64,000 bases of DNA from Deltaproteobacteria bacterium (GCA_033763315.1 JANRKS010000031.1:64001-128000); one strand, 5' to 3'. Positions 8,232-20,671 are shown, counted from the stretch's first letter. A program made the numbers and translations. Notes: a model not told the origin generated them from the letters alone.

Positions 8232-10943
8232 ATGACTTTGGCGGCGGGCCGCAGGCTAGGCCCTTACGATATTGAAGCCGTCGTTGGCGAAGGCGGTATG
8301 GGTGAGGTTTACCGTGCACGCGATTCGCGCCTTAACCGTGTGGTGGCGATCAAGGTCTTGCCACGACGATTCGCGGAAAATGTTGAACGTCGTGAGCGCT
8401 TTTGGCGCGAAGCCCAAGCGGTCGCATCGCTCAACCACCCGAACATTTGCACGTTGTATGACGTGGGCGATGCCGATGGCGTTGCCTACTTGGTGATGGA
8501 GTTCGTCGATGGCACCACGCTTTCAGATGAACTGAAGAAGCAGCGGCCTTTGTCGCGTAGACGAACCGCCTCAGCCTTCGATGCCATTTCGGGTGATCAT
8601 TCCAAGCATGATGTTCATTCGCTCAAACGGCTGTTGCAAATTGGCAAGGAAGTGGCTTCGGCCTTGGAAGTGGCTCACCGCGCGGGGGTCGTGCACCGCG
8701 ATCTGAAGCCGGGCAACATCATGCTCACAAAGACGGGCACCAAGCTTTTGGATTTCGGCCTGGCGAAAATCATCGCCGACACCAGCCAAGCCACCGCGGA
8801 TCAGATGCCGGCCGTCGGCAACGCCGATTCATTCCCTACAAAAGCCAGCGAAACCGCGCCCAACCGCATTTTGGGAACCCTTCGCTATTGCGCGCCTGAA
8901 CAGTTGGAGGGGCGCCCTGTGGACGCGCGCACGGATATCTTTGCGCTCGGCCTCGTGCTTTACGAATTGGCCGCGGGCAAACCTGCGTTTGATGGCGATA
9001 GCGACGCCGCCTTGATCGCAGCCATTTTGGAACATGAGCCCGTGCCGATCTCCAGCATGCATCCGCTGTTTCCTGAGAATGTGGAACGCGTGATCATGGA
9101 CTGCTTGGCAAAGACGCCCGATGAACGGTGGCAGTCCGCGGGCGACTTGCGGCGACAACTTGAGAACCTCAGCCCCACGCCGCGCATCAAGGCGAAGACG
9201 CCCCGGATGGGATGGCAAACGGTGGCGCTGATCGTGGCCGGCGTGGCCACAACGATCGGTGCTTACGCGCTCGGCATGCGACGGCCCGGCAACCACCCTC
9301 CGCCACCACCCACGGTTGTGTCTCAGCCGCTGCGGTTTGCGCTTGAGCTTCCGGGGCTTGCCGATCCTGAATCGTTCGCGCTTTCGCCCGACGGCAAGCA
9401 GCTCGCGTATCTGCAGCGCCAAGACAACAACGTTCCGCGGGTGATGGTGCGTCCGATGGACGGCATGCAATTCGTGCCCGTTGCCGGCTCTGAAGGTGCG
9501 ACCGGTTTCTTTTGGTCGCCAGACGCGCGAAGGTTTGCGTTGATCTCTCACACCCGGTTGCGCTTGCTTGAGCTTGCCACGGGCCGATCTATCAGCGTCG
9601 GGGAGGCCAACGGCCGTTTTGACGGTGGCTCGTGGAGCCCGCGCGGACAGTTGATCTTCTCTATCGACGGTAAACTCTTCCTTGCTGATGAATCTGGTCT
9701 TTTGAACGCATGGAAGCTGTCTCCAGCTTTCCGCACGGCGCCCCGTTTTATTCCTGGCACAGACTATGTGACCTACGTGCGACCGGACAAACGGGACATT
9801 TTCATCGCCAAATTGGGTTCTCTGGAAGAAAGACGGGTGATGGATGGCGGGGGCGTTCTGGCGGTGGACCCTGAGGGCAGTCTTTTGTTCACGATTGACG
9901 AAACGCTGTTGGCGCAGGCTTTCGACTTCACAAAGATGGCGCCGGTGGGGGCGCCCTACGCAGTAGCGCAACAGCTGCCAGATATGAACCGCCGGATGGG
10001 GATCTCTGTAGCTTCAGGCGGTCTTCTCGCGTATGCGCCCCATTTTGCGCGGTTGTCGCAAGCCACGCTTGTTTCAGCCGCGGGGAAGGTTTTGCGAAGT
10101 TGGGATTTACGCGCGGAAGTGCTTTCGTTCGATGTGGGCCAAAAATCAAAACGGCTTTTGTTTTCGACGCCCGGAGAACATGGCTGGCGCGAACTCAGAC
10201 TGTTTGACGGTGAGAACAGCGAGAAGGTGATGGCGAGCAATCCTTTGGGCCCGATTGACGATCCGATGTGGGCACCCGATGAACAGGCATTCGCCTACGT
10301 GGCGCAGCTGATGCCCGGGCAGGTGATGTCTCGAAACGTCAAAGATGGCAGCGTGCGCACGTTGTTCAGCGAGCCCAGCATGGTGGCCTTCCTCGAAGAC
10401 TGGTCACACGACGGCACATTGGTGATCATCCTTCGACCATTGGTGGCAGATAAACAGATGCAGATCATACTGCTGAACCACGCCTCGGGTGCGGTCCTGG
10501 GGCGATACTTTGATTCATTCCGAGACATTGATGAGGCGGCCTTGTCACCTGACGGCCGGTGGCTTGTGTATGGCCGCTCCAACAACGGCATGTGGAACAT
10601 CGTGGCCCGCCCTACCGGCAAGGCAGGCGAATCGCAAGCGTCTATCGTGGAACTTGTGCGAACGGAGTCTTTTCAGCCCAAGTGGACAGCCGATGGAAAA
10701 GGCATCTATTACCTCACCGCTGACAGCACTTTGATGATGATGGCGCTGCCAGGGGGCGAGCCCGTGGCGGGCCTTTCGGGCGTGCCATTGTTTGCCACTG
10801 GCATTGAATTCCCCAGCCCGTACACAGAGCAATACCGTCCCCTGCCTGACGGAACGTTCATGCTTTTGCGCCCGTCAACGACAAAAGGCTTCCGCGGAGT
10901 GCACATACTGTCCCCCTGGAAAACGAACCAACCGGCGCGCTAG
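8232..10943 (+). CDS. Membrane Ser/Thr kinase with C-terminal TolB/PD40-like beta-propeller
   Basis: SD AAGGAG before ATG 8232; GEGGMG, VAIK, HRDLKPGN, DFG, APE; TM helix; SPDG/WSPD repeats. Confidence 0.92.
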   Translation: MTLAAGRRLGPYDIEAVVGEGGMGEVYRARDSRLNRVVAIKVLPRRFAENVERRERFWREAQAVASLNHPNICTLYDVGDADGVAYLVMEFVDGTTLSDELKKQRPLSRRRTASAFDAISGDHSKHDVHSLKRLLQIGKEVASALEVAHRAGVVHRDLKPGNIMLTKTGTKLLDFGLAKIIADTSQATADQMPAVGNADSFPTKASETAPNRILGTLRYCAPEQLEGRPVDARTDIFALGLVLYELAAGKPAFDGDSDAALIAAILEHEPVPISSMHPLFPENVERVIMDCLAKTPDERWQSAGDLRRQLENLSPTPRIKAKTPRMGWQTVALIVAGVATTIGAYALGMRRPGNHPPPPPTVVSQPLRFALELPGLADPESFALSPDGKQLAYLQRQDNNVPRVMVRPMDGMQFVPVAGSEGATGFFWSPDARRFALISHTRLRLLELATGRSISVGEANGRFDGGSWSPRGQLIFSIDGKLFLADESGLLNAWKLSPAFRTAPRFIPGTDYVTYVRPDKRDIFIAKLGSLEERRVMDGGGVLAVDPEGSLLFTIDETLLAQAFDFTKMAPVGAPYAVAQQLPDMNRRMGISVASGGLLAYAPHFARLSQATLVSAAGKVLRSWDLRAEVLSFDVGQKSKRLLFSTPGEHGWRELRLFDGENSEKVMASNPLGPIDDPMWAPDEQAFAYVAQLMPGQVMSRNVKDGSVRTLFSEPSMVAFLEDWSHDGTLVIILRPLVADKQMQIILLNHASGAVLGRYFDSFRDIDEAALSPDGRWLVYGRSNNGMWNIVARPTGKAGESQASIVELVRTESFQPKWTADGKGIYYLTADSTLMMMALPGGEPVAGLSGVPLFATGIEFPSPYTEQYRPLPDGTFMLLRPSTTKGFRGVHILSPWKTNQPAR

Positions 10944-11773
10944 GGCCCCGCAATCAACTCGAGATCGGGCCGCTTTTGCCGAAACCGCTCCACGGCTTGG
11001 ATAGAGAGTTTGGTGCCTGCCAGGTTGAGCCACCTGAGGCCCTTCGCCGCGCTCAATACGTCCAATACGGCATCTGTGAGTGCGGGGCACCCAGAAAGAT
11101 CCAGTTGCTCAAGCGCTGGCAACGTCAGCAAGCGCGCCACCTGCGCGTCAGTGATGGGAAGGGCGAACAGACGTATCTTTCGAAGTTTTGGCAAGCTGGT
11201 GATCGCCGCGATGGCGTCGTCATCCACCTGTACCGACCACAAACCCGAATCCGTACGTTGCTGGCCGCCGAGATCCAGCGTCACCAGCGCTGCAAACGTG
11301 CGCAGCGATTGCAGGCCTGTGCTGGTGATGCGGTTGCCGCCAATCACCAGCGTTTGCAAGTTCTTAAGCCGCATCAAGAACGAAAGCCCCGCGTCGGTCA
11401 CGCGCGCAAAGCCCACGTCCACGGCAGCGAGCTCAGCCATGTTCGCAAGATATGTGGTGGCCGTGTCGGTGATCTTGGTTCCGTGCAGATTGATCGAGGT
11501 TAGGGCGCGCCAATCCTTGAGGTAAGCGAGGCCTTCGTCGCCGATCTGCTCTGCCCACCGTAGATCAAGGGAAGTCACGCGTGTGGCGGGGCGCAAGTAC
11601 AGCAGGCCGCGATCGCTAATGTGTGCGTGTGATAAGTCCACCGCGCGCAGCTTCGGGTTGGCAGCCATGTCCGCGAGATCCTCATCCGCGATCCAATCAT
11701 TGGCGCCTAAAGCCGGGCCTGCTGCGCACAACGAAAGGCCGCAGACCAAAATGCATTTTACGAGTGACTGCAT
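10940..11773 (-). CDS. Secreted leucine-rich repeat protein
   Basis: Signal peptide MQSLVKCILVCGLSLCAAGPALG; LxxLxLxxTxITDxGL repeats. Confidence 0.85.
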   Translation of the reverse strand: MQSLVKCILVCGLSLCAAGPALGANDWIADEDLADMAANPKLRAVDLSHAHISDRGLLYLRPATRVTSLDLRWAEQIGDEGLAYLKDWRALTSINLHGTKITDTATTYLANMAELAAVDVGFARVTDAGLSFLMRLKNLQTLVIGGNRITSTGLQSLRTFAALVTLDLGGQQRTDSGLWSVQVDDDAIAAITSLPKLRKIRLFALPITDAQVARLLTLPALEQLDLSGCPALTDAVLDVLSAAKGLRWLNLAGTKLSIQAVERFRQKRPDLELIAGP

Positions 11774-11778
11774 GTGAT

Positions 11779-13719
11779 TCACAGAACGGTCAAGCGTGCG
11801 TCCCATAGGATTTCGCATTGCGGGAGCGTTTGGCGCAATCGCTCATACCCTTTTTCCGTGACCTTGGTCTGCAAAAGGTTGAGCTTTGCGATGGGGGAGG
11901 TCAACGCCGCCACTGCCGTGTCCGAGACGCGCGTCGACTCAAGATCCAGGTCACGCAAATTCTTCAGAGACGTCAACGTACGCAGCATTTCGTCGTCAAC
12001 GGACGTGTAAGACAGTGAGAGCGTGCGAAGATCTGTCAACGCTGCGATGGCCGACATGGCGGCCTTGCCCACCCCCGTGCGCACAAGGCGCAGCTCCTGC
12101 AGGTGTGTCAGCGGCCCCAGACGCGCCAACGCTTCATCAGGCAAGGGGATGAAAGATAGGTCCAAGGAAACAAGGTCCGTGAGCGTTGCCAGTGCCACCA
12201 ACACTTGCGGTGTGATCGCGGTGGCGCGCAGGTTCAACGCGCGCAACCCACGCAGCGAGGTTAGCTTCGCCACCGCCGCATCGCCAAGCGTCGTATACGA
12301 CACATCAAGCCGCGACAACAACGGCAGCGCTGCCAGCTGCTTTGCGCCTTCATCATCCAGGGCGGTGTCAGCCAAGTTTATGTCCTGCAGCCGGGTGAAC
12401 GCCGCCAGATTGCGGCCCGTGAGCGTGGTGTGTGCGGCATGCAAGCGGCGCAGCGGCAGCTTTTTTAACGCCACCAGGGCGCCATCGCTCACTCGTAAGC
12501 CGTTGATCGTCAGATCTTGCAAGCGGGGCAGGGCCGCGAGCTTTGCTAGCCCCAGATCACTGACTTCGGTGGCGGTGAGGTTCAGCGTCTCAATCTCGGC
12601 AAACGTGGCCAGGCCGCTGATGTCTTCGTCGAAGACGGCCGTGCCTTTCAAATCAAGCGTTATGACCCCGCCATTCTTCGTCGCATGGCCTCCCAAAGTT
12701 GTTGCCCAACGTTCCAGAGCCTCGAACGTCTTTCCGGCGAGACGTGCGCGCACACCCGCGTGCATGTTGGCACCCCCGCCCGTATCCACATGGGCAATCA
12801 AAAGTTTGGGGCGCCCCCCCTGCAAGGCCTGCACACCTGAATGGGTGGCACGCGTGTAGCGTACGTCCAGGAACCGCAAGGCCGGCAGACGTCCGAGCTG
12901 CGCCAAACCGGCGTTCGTGATCGGGTTGCGGTATAGGTTCAACACCCGCAGGCGCCGCAGCTTCATTAAAGAGCGAAGCCCCTCGTCGCCGATGTTCGCG
13001 CCCAGCAAGTTCAACCTTTCCAAGCGAGTCATGCCAGCCAAATGGCGAGCGCCTGCGTCCGTGATCTTGCAACCGAATAGATCCAATTCCACCACGCGGC
13101 GCAATTTCGCCAGATGCGCGAGCCCGGCATCCGTGATCAAGGTGTTGCGCAAGATGATTCGTTCGAGGTTGGGCATGTTGGCCAACGCGGCGGCGCCTTC
13201 ATCCGTCAGACGCGAATCGGAAAAATCCACACGTTGCAGGCCCGTGAGCTTCGCCAGCCCTTTTCCCGTGAGCAAGCCTTGCACCACGCGCAGCTCTTTG
13301 AGGTTGCGCAGCGACCCCAATGCTTCCATGTCGTCGTCGCGAACCTGAAGTTCGGTTAGAAAATGCACGCTGAGATCAAGCACCTCAAGTGCATGCAGCG
13401 CCGCCAAGCTGCCAAACGTGGCATTCGCTTCGCGATCAACGCCCGCGCTTGCGTTCCACATATACGCCGGAAGCCGCAACGTCTTGAGTGACTGCAACTT
13501 CGCTAGGCGCGCCAGATCGGCTGGCTTGATGCCAGTGCCAAAGAAATCAAGGCCCACCACGTGCGCGGGGCCCGCGGGCAGACCATCGAAGGCGCCAAGT
13601 GGTTTGGGTTGCTCGCGCAGAGACACCTGCGCGCCGAGCGATAGCGCCCACGCCGCCACATCCCGGTCATCCGCCGCGGGCGCCGCTATAACGGCCCAAA
13701 GAGCGAGCGTGGCGATCAC
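11779..13719 (-). CDS. Secreted leucine-rich repeat protein (two LRR blocks)
   Basis: GTG 13719 overlaps the upstream TGA (GTGA) and gives a signal peptide [16 protein letters not shown]; many 24-aa LRRs. Confidence 0.85.
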   Translation of the reverse strand: MIATLALWAVIAAPAADDRDVAAWALSLGAQVSLREQPKPLGAFDGLPAGPAHVVGLDFFGTGIKPADLARLAKLQSLKTLRLPAYMWNASAGVDREANATFGSLAALHALEVLDLSVHFLTELQVRDDDMEALGSLRNLKELRVVQGLLTGKGLAKLTGLQRVDFSDSRLTDEGAAALANMPNLERIILRNTLITDAGLAHLAKLRRVVELDLFGCKITDAGARHLAGMTRLERLNLLGANIGDEGLRSLMKLRRLRVLNLYRNPITNAGLAQLGRLPALRFLDVRYTRATHSGVQALQGGRPKLLIAHVDTGGGANMHAGVRARLAGKTFEALERWATTLGGHATKNGGVITLDLKGTAVFDEDISGLATFAEIETLNLTATEVSDLGLAKLAALPRLQDLTINGLRVSDGALVALKKLPLRRLHAAHTTLTGRNLAAFTRLQDINLADTALDDEGAKQLAALPLLSRLDVSYTTLGDAAVAKLTSLRGLRALNLRATAITPQVLVALATLTDLVSLDLSFIPLPDEALARLGPLTHLQELRLVRTGVGKAAMSAIAALTDLRTLSLSYTSVDDEMLRTLTSLKNLRDLDLESTRVSDTAVAALTSPIAKLNLLQTKVTEKGYERLRQTLPQCEILWDARLTVL

Positions 13720-15011
13720 GCGCGCAAGATCTCCGGCAAGCGCCGTGACGCCGTGGGAAAGCCCTTGATGCCTGCGCCCACAACGTCGTTCGCCAGGGTC
13801 CAATACAGATCGCCGAACGTCGCTGCCACCTTCCTATGGCTGCCTGCCCTAAGTCGATGAGCGCATCCGGCCACAACCGCACCCATGCCTACGTTCTTGT
13901 GATCATTGCCTTCGGCGTGTTCATGCACAAACACCGCGCATGTGTTGTCAAGCAGGTTGCCTGCGCCTTCGGGCACCGCGCGAAGCTTGCCAACCAAGTA
14001 GGCGAACTCTTCAACGTGCCAGCGGCAAATGTCGCGCAATGCCAGTTGCGCGGGTTGTTCGGTGCCGGGAATCACTTTGTAGTGCGTGTAATCGTGGTGC
14101 CGCAACACCGTATGCCCCAACCAGGGAAAGCGGGTGAGCGATTGACATTTGGTCAACATGAACGAGGCCACGCGCGTTTGCCCCGACGCCAACGCGTGCA
14201 CAAGCAGATCGGCTTGCAACTTCGCCAGCCGGGGGTAATCGCGCATGTCGCCTTCGACGTCGGGCCGCTCGGCGGCTTTGTACGCGGGGGGCAAACTGGC
14301 GATCGCGCGTTCCAGATCACGCAATGATGCGAGATGTTCGTCCAGGCGCATGCGATCCGCCGCACCGAGGTTTTGGCTCATGCGCTTTGCGTCTTCGGTC
14401 AGGGCATCAAGGATGCTCTTTTGCCGCTGCATCCACCCCAATTCCTTTTGCCCAAACAAACGATCAAACAAGCGGTTGGGCAGCATCTCTGGGGCCAGCG
14501 GGCGGTTGGCTGCGGCCCAACTCATGTTCCTTTGCATGCTTTCGCCAAACGATTCACTGGCCACGCCCACCTGAATCGAGCGAAAGCGGGTGTCGCCGCC
14601 CAAGCGCGACGCGATGACTTGATCGATGGATGGCCCGCCTGCCCCGCGACCGGTGTATCCGGTGCCCGACATCAATCCGCTCATCGAATTGGTGTGACCG
14701 TTGCCTTGGCCGCGCATGCCGGCGGCTGTGTTGGCCAGCCCTGAAAGCACCGTCACATACTTCCAGTGGGCGGTCAGAGGGGCAAGACACGGGCTGAGCG
14801 CGATGTCTTCGCCTGTTTGCGCGGGCACCCAGTATTTTTCGGGAATGCCGTTGCCGTTGAACCACAGCACAAAGCGCGTGGGCACGGGCGCGTTGTCTTC
14901 GGCGCCGTACGCGGTTCCTCGGCCGTTGAACATCGCTTGCAAGGGCGGCAATGCCAAGGTCGCGCCCACGCCTCGTAACAGGCTTCGCCGGGATAATGTT
15001 TTGGCGGTCAT
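13716..15011 (-). CDS. DUF1552 (HXXSHH) family protein, Tat-exported (copy A)
   Basis: LSRRSLLRG Tat motif; [10 protein letters not shown]; SIDQVIA; [12 protein letters not shown]; TRVASFM; HHDYTH; [10 protein letters not shown]. Confidence 0.9.
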   Translation of the reverse strand: MTAKTLSRRSLLRGVGATLALPPLQAMFNGRGTAYGAEDNAPVPTRFVLWFNGNGIPEKYWVPAQTGEDIALSPCLAPLTAHWKYVTVLSGLANTAAGMRGQGNGHTNSMSGLMSGTGYTGRGAGGPSIDQVIASRLGGDTRFRSIQVGVASESFGESMQRNMSWAAANRPLAPEMLPNRLFDRLFGQKELGWMQRQKSILDALTEDAKRMSQNLGAADRMRLDEHLASLRDLERAIASLPPAYKAAERPDVEGDMRDYPRLAKLQADLLVHALASGQTRVASFMLTKCQSLTRFPWLGHTVLRHHDYTHYKVIPGTEQPAQLALRDICRWHVEEFAYLVGKLRAVPEGAGNLLDNTCAVFVHEHAEGNDHKNVGMGAVVAGCAHRLRAGSHRKVAATFGDLYWTLANDVVGAGIKGFPTASRRLPEILRA

Positions 15012-16993
15012 GGTTTGTGCTCCTCGGGCTCTGGCAATCCGAACTCTGTGAAGCGTGCCATTGCCACAAGCAACGCCTTGAAGCGAAAGCCGGAACCGCG
15101 GAAGCTCTCAAACACGGGCCGCAGCGCTTCGTGATCTGCAGACGATTCTTTGCGGCCCATCGCATACCGGAACACTTGCCGCACGATGCACATCTGGCAC
15201 TGGCCGTTGCCTGCCAGAATGCGGCCCAGTTGCACAGGCGTTGAGAATTCGGAGTTTTGAATGCCCAACACGAAGCCCTTGGTGTCCAACGGCAGTTCAA
15301 AGACCTTGGGCGGCAAAGGCTTGGTGCGCACGCCTTGCTCGGTGAAGGCGGCGGGCGCTGCGATGGTGACGTGCATCGTTTCTTGGTGGCCACCGATGGC
15401 GTTGAACTTCTCGAAGCCGAAACCGATGCTATCGATCAAGCGATGGCAACTGGCGCACGAAGGTGCGGTCAGATGCACAGCCAACCGCTCTTTGTTGGTC
15501 AGGGGTTTTTCGCCCACCGTTTTCGGTAAGTCCATGTTCACGCTGGGGGGCGGTGGCGGTGTGCTTTGACACAGGAAGTGTTCGCGCACGTATAACCCTC
15601 GCGCCGTGGGCGACGTTTCACTGGGCTTGCTTGTGGCGGTAAGAAATGAACCGTGTCCAAGCACGCCGGCGCGATCGCTCGCGGCAGTGTAGGCCACGCG
15701 ATCGAATGGCGCGGGTGGAGGCGGCAATTCGTAGATCTTTGCGAGCTCAGGGTTCACGAAGGTGTAGGGCGCCGTGAACAGCTCCATAAAGTTCTGCTCG
15801 TCCCACACCAAATGCCGCACCAAGCGCCGCGTTTCTTCAGCCATCGCAGAAGCCATTTCGGCATTGAACTGCGGGAACGTCTTGCGATCCTTAAAGCTGT
15901 TCAACAACGCATCAAAGCGCAGCCACTGCGCGACGAACTCATCCAACGCGCGTTGTGCTTTCGGATCGGCCAGCAGGCCCTTCGCCACGTCTTCCACATC
16001 CGCGGGTGTGGCAAGGCCGCCGCTGGCGGCGCGCTTCAACAAGGCATCGCTGGGCGTGGTGTTCGTCAAGAAGTAAGCCAGGCGCGCCGCGCGTACGTAA
16101 GGCAGCACCTTGGGATCGCGGCTTTGGCCGATGTAAAGGAAGCTCGGGGATTGCAGCGCGAACTCAAGCACCGTTCGAAGGCCTTCCTTAGGGTCTTTGT
16201 TCGCAACGAACATGGTGCGCAAGCGCTGCACTTCAGCTTCGATCAGCGGCCGACGGAAAAGGCGCAGGCCCATGCTGCGAATGAAATTGTCGCGGCACGT
16301 GCCGTCCAGCTTTGCCAGCGGGCAGGGCAGAAGGCCGCGCGGATCGCCGCTTTCGATGCCCCCCACAACATTGTCGGCCACGAACTCTGCCGCCAAGCTA
16401 TAGCCTTCAATCAAAGCCGGCGCGGCCGCTTGGCCCAAATGTTGGTTCTTGAACCCATCAACGAAATCCTCGGGTGGCAACATGTTGGCCACCGGCAACG
16501 CGTCGCCGAACAGATCGCCAACTGTGTTTTCGTATTGCTTGGCGGTGAGCCGTCGCAACACACGGCCCCCTTTTTCCGCGGCGGGCCGTTGCATGAACTG
16601 CAGCAAGTCTGCAGCGCTGTTCGGCGCTTTTACCAGCGACAGGATCCAAGTCGTCAGTGCGGCTTCATCCGTGGTGCCGGGCGCAATGCGTTCACCGCCC
16701 GCGTGCGACATGCGCGCCGTGGGTTTGCGGTAAAGCCGCGATTGCAAGGGACTGTCCTGATCGATGAGATCGAGCACCCCTGCGGCGAATTGCTGCACAT
16801 CCTCGGCCGTGGCGTCGTAAGCAGGGAACACCAGGCGTGTGTCTGAGGCCACACCTTCGGCGCTGTGGCAGTCCACGCAAGTGGCCGCGTCGAGCACCGA
16901 ACCAAACGTTTGCGGCGACGATTTGGCTGCCGCTGCGGCTGGAACGGCAACCGCCGAAACCGTAGCCAAGACTATGGGCAAAGCACCGCGCAT
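15008..16993 (-). CDS. DUF1587/1595/1592/1588/1585 (PSD/PSCyt3) protein with two CxxCH heme motifs (copy A)
   Basis: CVDCH; [16 protein letters not shown]; SPSFLY; [19 protein letters not shown]; [17 protein letters not shown]. Confidence 0.9.
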   Translation of the reverse strand: MRGALPIVLATVSAVAVPAAAAAKSSPQTFGSVLDAATCVDCHSAEGVASDTRLVFPAYDATAEDVQQFAAGVLDLIDQDSPLQSRLYRKPTARMSHAGGERIAPGTTDEAALTTWILSLVKAPNSAADLLQFMQRPAAEKGGRVLRRLTAKQYENTVGDLFGDALPVANMLPPEDFVDGFKNQHLGQAAAPALIEGYSLAAEFVADNVVGGIESGDPRGLLPCPLAKLDGTCRDNFIRSMGLRLFRRPLIEAEVQRLRTMFVANKDPKEGLRTVLEFALQSPSFLYIGQSRDPKVLPYVRAARLAYFLTNTTPSDALLKRAASGGLATPADVEDVAKGLLADPKAQRALDEFVAQWLRFDALLNSFKDRKTFPQFNAEMASAMAEETRRLVRHLVWDEQNFMELFTAPYTFVNPELAKIYELPPPPAPFDRVAYTAASDRAGVLGHGSFLTATSKPSETSPTARGLYVREHFLCQSTPPPPPSVNMDLPKTVGEKPLTNKERLAVHLTAPSCASCHRLIDSIGFGFEKFNAIGGHQETMHVTIAAPAAFTEQGVRTKPLPPKVFELPLDTKGFVLGIQNSEFSTPVQLGRILAGNGQCQMCIVRQVFRYAMGRKESSADHEALRPVFESFRGSGFRFKALLVAMARFTEFGLPEPEEHKP

Positions 16994-17145
16994 CGAGGCC
17001 TTTAACCCTGTGGCCCCCCTCGCATCAAGTCAATCGCTCCTTCATTAACCCGACGCTTGACCATGATCCACCGCACGCAGCGTGTAGGTGCCTGGCGGTG
17101 GTTCGTCATTTGACAACGCCTTTACCGGTTTGGGCGGCCGAATAT

Positions 17146-17174
17146 TTGACGAGGCCGGCGCGGCCCGGCAGCGT
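17146..17174 (+). promoter_or_regulatory. Putative sigma70 promoter of the doxX-family gene (leaderless-type spacing)
   Basis: TTGACG-17nt-CAGCGT, then 7 nt to ATG 17182; no clear SD. Confidence 0.4.
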
Positions 17175-17181
17175 TAGGGCT

Positions 17182-17646
17182 ATGGCATCTTCACCTTCCT
17201 CCGCGCGCACCGATTTGGCTTTGTTGCTGGTGCGCTTTGCTTTTGGCGTTCAAATGGCCTTCCTTCACGGCTGGGGCAAGCTGCAGTCCTATTTGGGCGG
17301 CGCTTCCAGTTTTGCGGATCCGCTTAACATCGGCTGGAAATACAGCATGTGGGGGACGATTGCTGGCGAGTTCGTGTGTGGCTTGTTGCTGGCCGCGGGC
17401 TTGTTTACGCGCGTCGCCGGGTTTGGCATGGCATTCACCATGGGCGTTGCCGCCTTCATGATTCACGGCCAGTCGGGCTGGGCGAAGCGCGAGCTGGCCG
17501 TGTGCTACCTCGCGGTGGCGCTGTTGGTGACGCTCACGGGTGCCGGCCGCTTCTCGCTCGACGCCATGGTGTTGCCGCGCTTGCGCGCCAAATTCGGCCG
17601 TGGTGGTTCACCCGCCGCCGCACGCCCTCGTCCCGCGCGCGCCTAG
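17182..17646 (+). CDS. DoxX family membrane protein
   Basis: [40 protein letters not shown]. Confidence 0.88.
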   Translation: MASSPSSARTDLALLLVRFAFGVQMAFLHGWGKLQSYLGGASSFADPLNIGWKYSMWGTIAGEFVCGLLLAAGLFTRVAGFGMAFTMGVAAFMIHGQSGWAKRELAVCYLAVALLVTLTGAGRFSLDAMVLPRLRAKFGRGGSPAAARPRPARA

Positions 17647-19046
17647 AACAATCGATTTAGTCCGTTGAGGGCGGCCACACGATAGGCCTCGGCCATCGTG
17701 GGATAATTGAAAGTGGTGTCGATGAAATACTCAAGCGTATTGGCGGCGCCCTTTTGACTCATGATGGCTTGACCGATGTGCACGATCTCAGCGGACTCTT
17801 GGCCGAAGCAGTGAATGCCCAAGATCTCTTTGGTGTCACGGTGGAACAAGATCTTCAGCATGCCCACGGTCACGCCTGAGATCTGCGCGCGCGCCAGATC
17901 GCGGAACTTGGCTTGCCCCATCTCATAAGGAATTTTCTTTTCGGTCAGTTCGCGTTCCGTTTGTCCCACGCAGCTGATCTCAGGAATGGTGTAGATGCCG
18001 GCGGGGATGTGTTCAACCAAGCGCTGATCACAATGGCCTCTCACCAAATGTGTGGCGGCGAACCGCCCCTGATCGTAAGCGGCGCTGGCGAGCGACGGAA
18101 ACCCCACGGCGTCCCCCACGGCGTAAATGTGTGGTTGCCCTACCAAACGGTAATTGGTGTCGACCTCCAAATGGCCCCGGGCGTTGGGTTGCACGCCCAA
18201 CGTTTCAAGACCCAAGTTGCTGGTGTTGCCTTCGCGCCCTTGCGCCCACAAAAGTAGGTCGGCCTTGATCTTCTTGCCTGATTTCAATTCCAGCACAGCA
18301 CCATCTTCGGTGCCTTCCACCTTGGCGTATTCCTCGTTGTGCCGAATCACAACGCCGGTGTCGCGCAAGTGATAACTGAGCGCGTCCGAGATCTCGTCGT
18401 CCAAAAACGACAGCAAGCGGTCGCGCGTGTTGATCAAATTCACTTTGACGCCGAGCTGCTTGAAGATCGATGCGTACTCGCAGCCGATCACGCCTGCCCC
18501 ATAAATCGCAATGCTGCGCGGGGGCCGCTCGATGCCCAAGATGGTGTCGGAATCGCGAATGGCGGGATGGGTGAAATCGATGTCCTTCGGCCGCGAGGGG
18601 CGCGAACCGGGCGCCAACACGATGTGCTGGCCGCGTATATGAAGCTCACCACCATTGGCCTGCCGCACGCACACCATGTGAGGCTCTTCCAAACGCGCCT
18701 GCCCCATGATGAGTTCAACGCCGTTGCGTTCGTAAAAGCCGTGCCGCAACTTGACTTGCTTGCCGGTGACGTTGCGGGCGTGGCTCAACAACTGCGGGAA
18801 GGTCAAGTGTTCTCCCGTGCCCGCACCCGTGCCCATCAAGCCGCTGCTGCGGTACTCGATGTATTGACGAACCACGTGTCGCAGCGCTTTTGACGGGATC
18901 GTGCCCCAGTGGGTGCACCCGCCACCCACGGCGGAGAAACGTTCAACCACGGCAACGCTTTTGCCCGCTTTGCAAGCCTGCATGGCGGCCCCTTCGCCGC
19001 CGGGGCCCGAGCCTATGACCACGACATCAACGGACAGTTCGGACAT
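17643..19046 (-). CDS. sthA: Soluble (Si-specific) NAD(P)+ transhydrogenase
   Basis: [12 protein letters not shown]; [16 protein letters not shown] (no redox CxxxxC); C-terminus [24 protein letters not shown]; 467 aa from ATG 19046. Confidence 0.95.
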   Translation of the reverse strand: MSELSVDVVVIGSGPGGEGAAMQACKAGKSVAVVERFSAVGGGCTHWGTIPSKALRHVVRQYIEYRSSGLMGTGAGTGEHLTFPQLLSHARNVTGKQVKLRHGFYERNGVELIMGQARLEEPHMVCVRQANGGELHIRGQHIVLAPGSRPSRPKDIDFTHPAIRDSDTILGIERPPRSIAIYGAGVIGCEYASIFKQLGVKVNLINTRDRLLSFLDDEISDALSYHLRDTGVVIRHNEEYAKVEGTEDGAVLELKSGKKIKADLLLWAQGREGNTSNLGLETLGVQPNARGHLEVDTNYRLVGQPHIYAVGDAVGFPSLASAAYDQGRFAATHLVRGHCDQRLVEHIPAGIYTIPEISCVGQTERELTEKKIPYEMGQAKFRDLARAQISGVTVGMLKILFHRDTKEILGIHCFGQESAEIVHIGQAIMSQKGAANTLEYFIDTTFNYPTMAEAYRVAALNGLNRLF

Positions 19047-19214
19047 GGCACCAATGTAACTCTGCTTGGTGCAAACGTCTGCGCTTGCCGCGCCAATTGT
19101 TTCACGTTTTGGCACCCCTAGGGCGGCGGCAACGGGTGTGAAACCAACCCGATACCTAAGCGACATATGCAGCTCAAGTTTGGCGCCGCCACGCCGACGT
19201 CGCCGGGCTGGGCC

Positions 19215-19242
19215 CAACGTCGCCTCCGCTGAAGCGACGTTG
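19215..19242 (-). terminator. 12-bp hairpin just downstream of glyA (terminator or stability element)
   Basis: Minus strand CAACGTCGCTTC-AGCG-GAGGCGACGTTG; no U-tail. Confidence 0.4.
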
Positions 19243-19259
19243 ATGTCCAAGTCGCGGTA

Positions 19260-20507
19260 CTAGCGGTAGACGGGGAAGTCGCGGGTCAACGAAGCCACCT
19301 TGCCGCGCACGGTGGCGATGTTGGCTTCATCGTGCGGGTTGTCGAGCACATCGGCGATCAGGTTGGCGGTGGCAATGGCCTGCGCCTCTTTGAACCCGCG
19401 CGTGGTCATGGCCGGCGAGCCCAAGCGAATGCCGCTGGTGACCATCGGCTTTTGCGGATCCTTCGGAATGCCGTTCTTGTTGCACGTCATGTGCGCCGTG
19501 CCCAACACAGCCTCGGCTTCTTTGCCTGTCAGGTTTTTGGGGCGCAGATCCACCAGCATCACGTGCGATTCGGTGCGGCCACTGACGATGCGCAACCCAC
19601 GCGCGGTTAACGCCTCTGCCATCGCCGCTGCATTCTTCACCACTTGCTGTTGATACGCTTTGAACTCGGGCGCCAACGCTTCTTTGAACGCCACGGCTTT
19701 GGCCGCGATGACGTGCATCAAGGGGCCGCCTTGGATGCCGGGGAAGATGGCGCTGTTGATCTGCTTCGCCACGTGCTCCTTCATCAGGATGATGCCACCG
19801 CGGGGGCCGCGCAGGCTCTTGTGCGTGGTGGACGTAACCACGTCAGCAAACGGCACGGGGTTCGGGTACACACCGGCGGCGATCAAGCCCGCGTAGTGCG
19901 CCATATCCACCATGAAGTACGCGCCCACCGCTTTGGCCACTTTGGCAAAGCGTTCAAAATCGATGCGCAAGCTGTAAGCCGAGGCGCCAGCAATGATCAG
20001 CTTCGGCTTGTGCTCGTGGGCCAGGCGTTCCATCTCGTCGTAGTCGATGGCTTCTTGCGCGTCCAAGCCATAACTCACCACCTTGAACCACTTGCCGCTC
20101 ATGTTCAGCGGCATGCCGTGGGTCAAGTGGCCACCTTCGGCGAGGCTCATGCCCATGATCGTGTCGCCGGGCGAGAGCAGGCCGAAGAACACAGCTTGGT
20201 TTGCTTGCGATCCCGAGTTGGCTTGCACGTTCGCGTGCTCGGCGCCGAAGATCTGCTTGAGGCGATCGATCGCCAGCTGCTCAACAACGTCAACGTTTTC
20301 GCAGCCACCGTAGTAACGCTTGCCGGGGTATCCCTCGGCGTACTTGTTGGTGAGCTGCGTGCCTTGTGCGGCCATAACCGCGGGCGAGGCATAGTTTTCC
20401 GAAGCGATGAGCTCGATGTGATCTTCTTGCCGTTGGTTCTCTCGCTGGATGGCGGCCCACAACTCGGGGTCAACGTTGGCGATGGTCGATTGGCTACGGT
20501 CGAACAT
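19260..20507 (-). CDS. glyA: Serine hydroxymethyltransferase
   Basis: ELIASENY; [16 protein letters not shown]; PLP lysine in [14 protein letters not shown]; FPGIQGGP. Confidence 0.99.
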   Translation of the reverse strand: MFDRSQSTIANVDPELWAAIQRENQRQEDHIELIASENYASPAVMAAQGTQLTNKYAEGYPGKRYYGGCENVDVVEQLAIDRLKQIFGAEHANVQANSGSQANQAVFFGLLSPGDTIMGMSLAEGGHLTHGMPLNMSGKWFKVVSYGLDAQEAIDYDEMERLAHEHKPKLIIAGASAYSLRIDFERFAKVAKAVGAYFMVDMAHYAGLIAAGVYPNPVPFADVVTSTTHKSLRGPRGGIILMKEHVAKQINSAIFPGIQGGPLMHVIAAKAVAFKEALAPEFKAYQQQVVKNAAAMAEALTARGLRIVSGRTESHVMLVDLRPKNLTGKEAEAVLGTAHMTCNKNGIPKDPQKPMVTSGIRLGSPAMTTRGFKEAQAIATANLIADVLDNPHDEANIATVRGKVASLTRDFPVYR

Positions 20508-20570
20508 GATGGCAGTCCTTCTTGCTGTGAAGACCCGCGACGGTTATGGCTTGTGGCCACGCATCACAGG

Positions 20571-20667
20571 CTGCCCAGGCGATCGGCTAAAACGGAGTCC
20601 GTCTGCGCTCCCCGGTGGTTCCCCACCTCAGGCCCAAAACTCGGGCCCCATCGCCAGTCGCGCAGGC
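20571..20667 (-). ncRNA. ZMP/ZTP riboswitch (pfl RNA) in the glyA leader
   Basis: Minus strand CGCGACTGGCGA...GGTGGGGAACCACCGGGGAGCG...GCCGATCGCCTGGGCA matches the pfl/ZTP consensus elements; classic glyA context. Confidence 0.92.
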
Positions 20668-20671
20668 CGGC

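Noticed and set aside
17643-19046. Dihydrolipoamide dehydrogenase or glutathione reductase call
   Set aside because: It lacks the CxxxxC disulfide and has the SthA-specific [10 protein letters not shown] motif and C-terminus.
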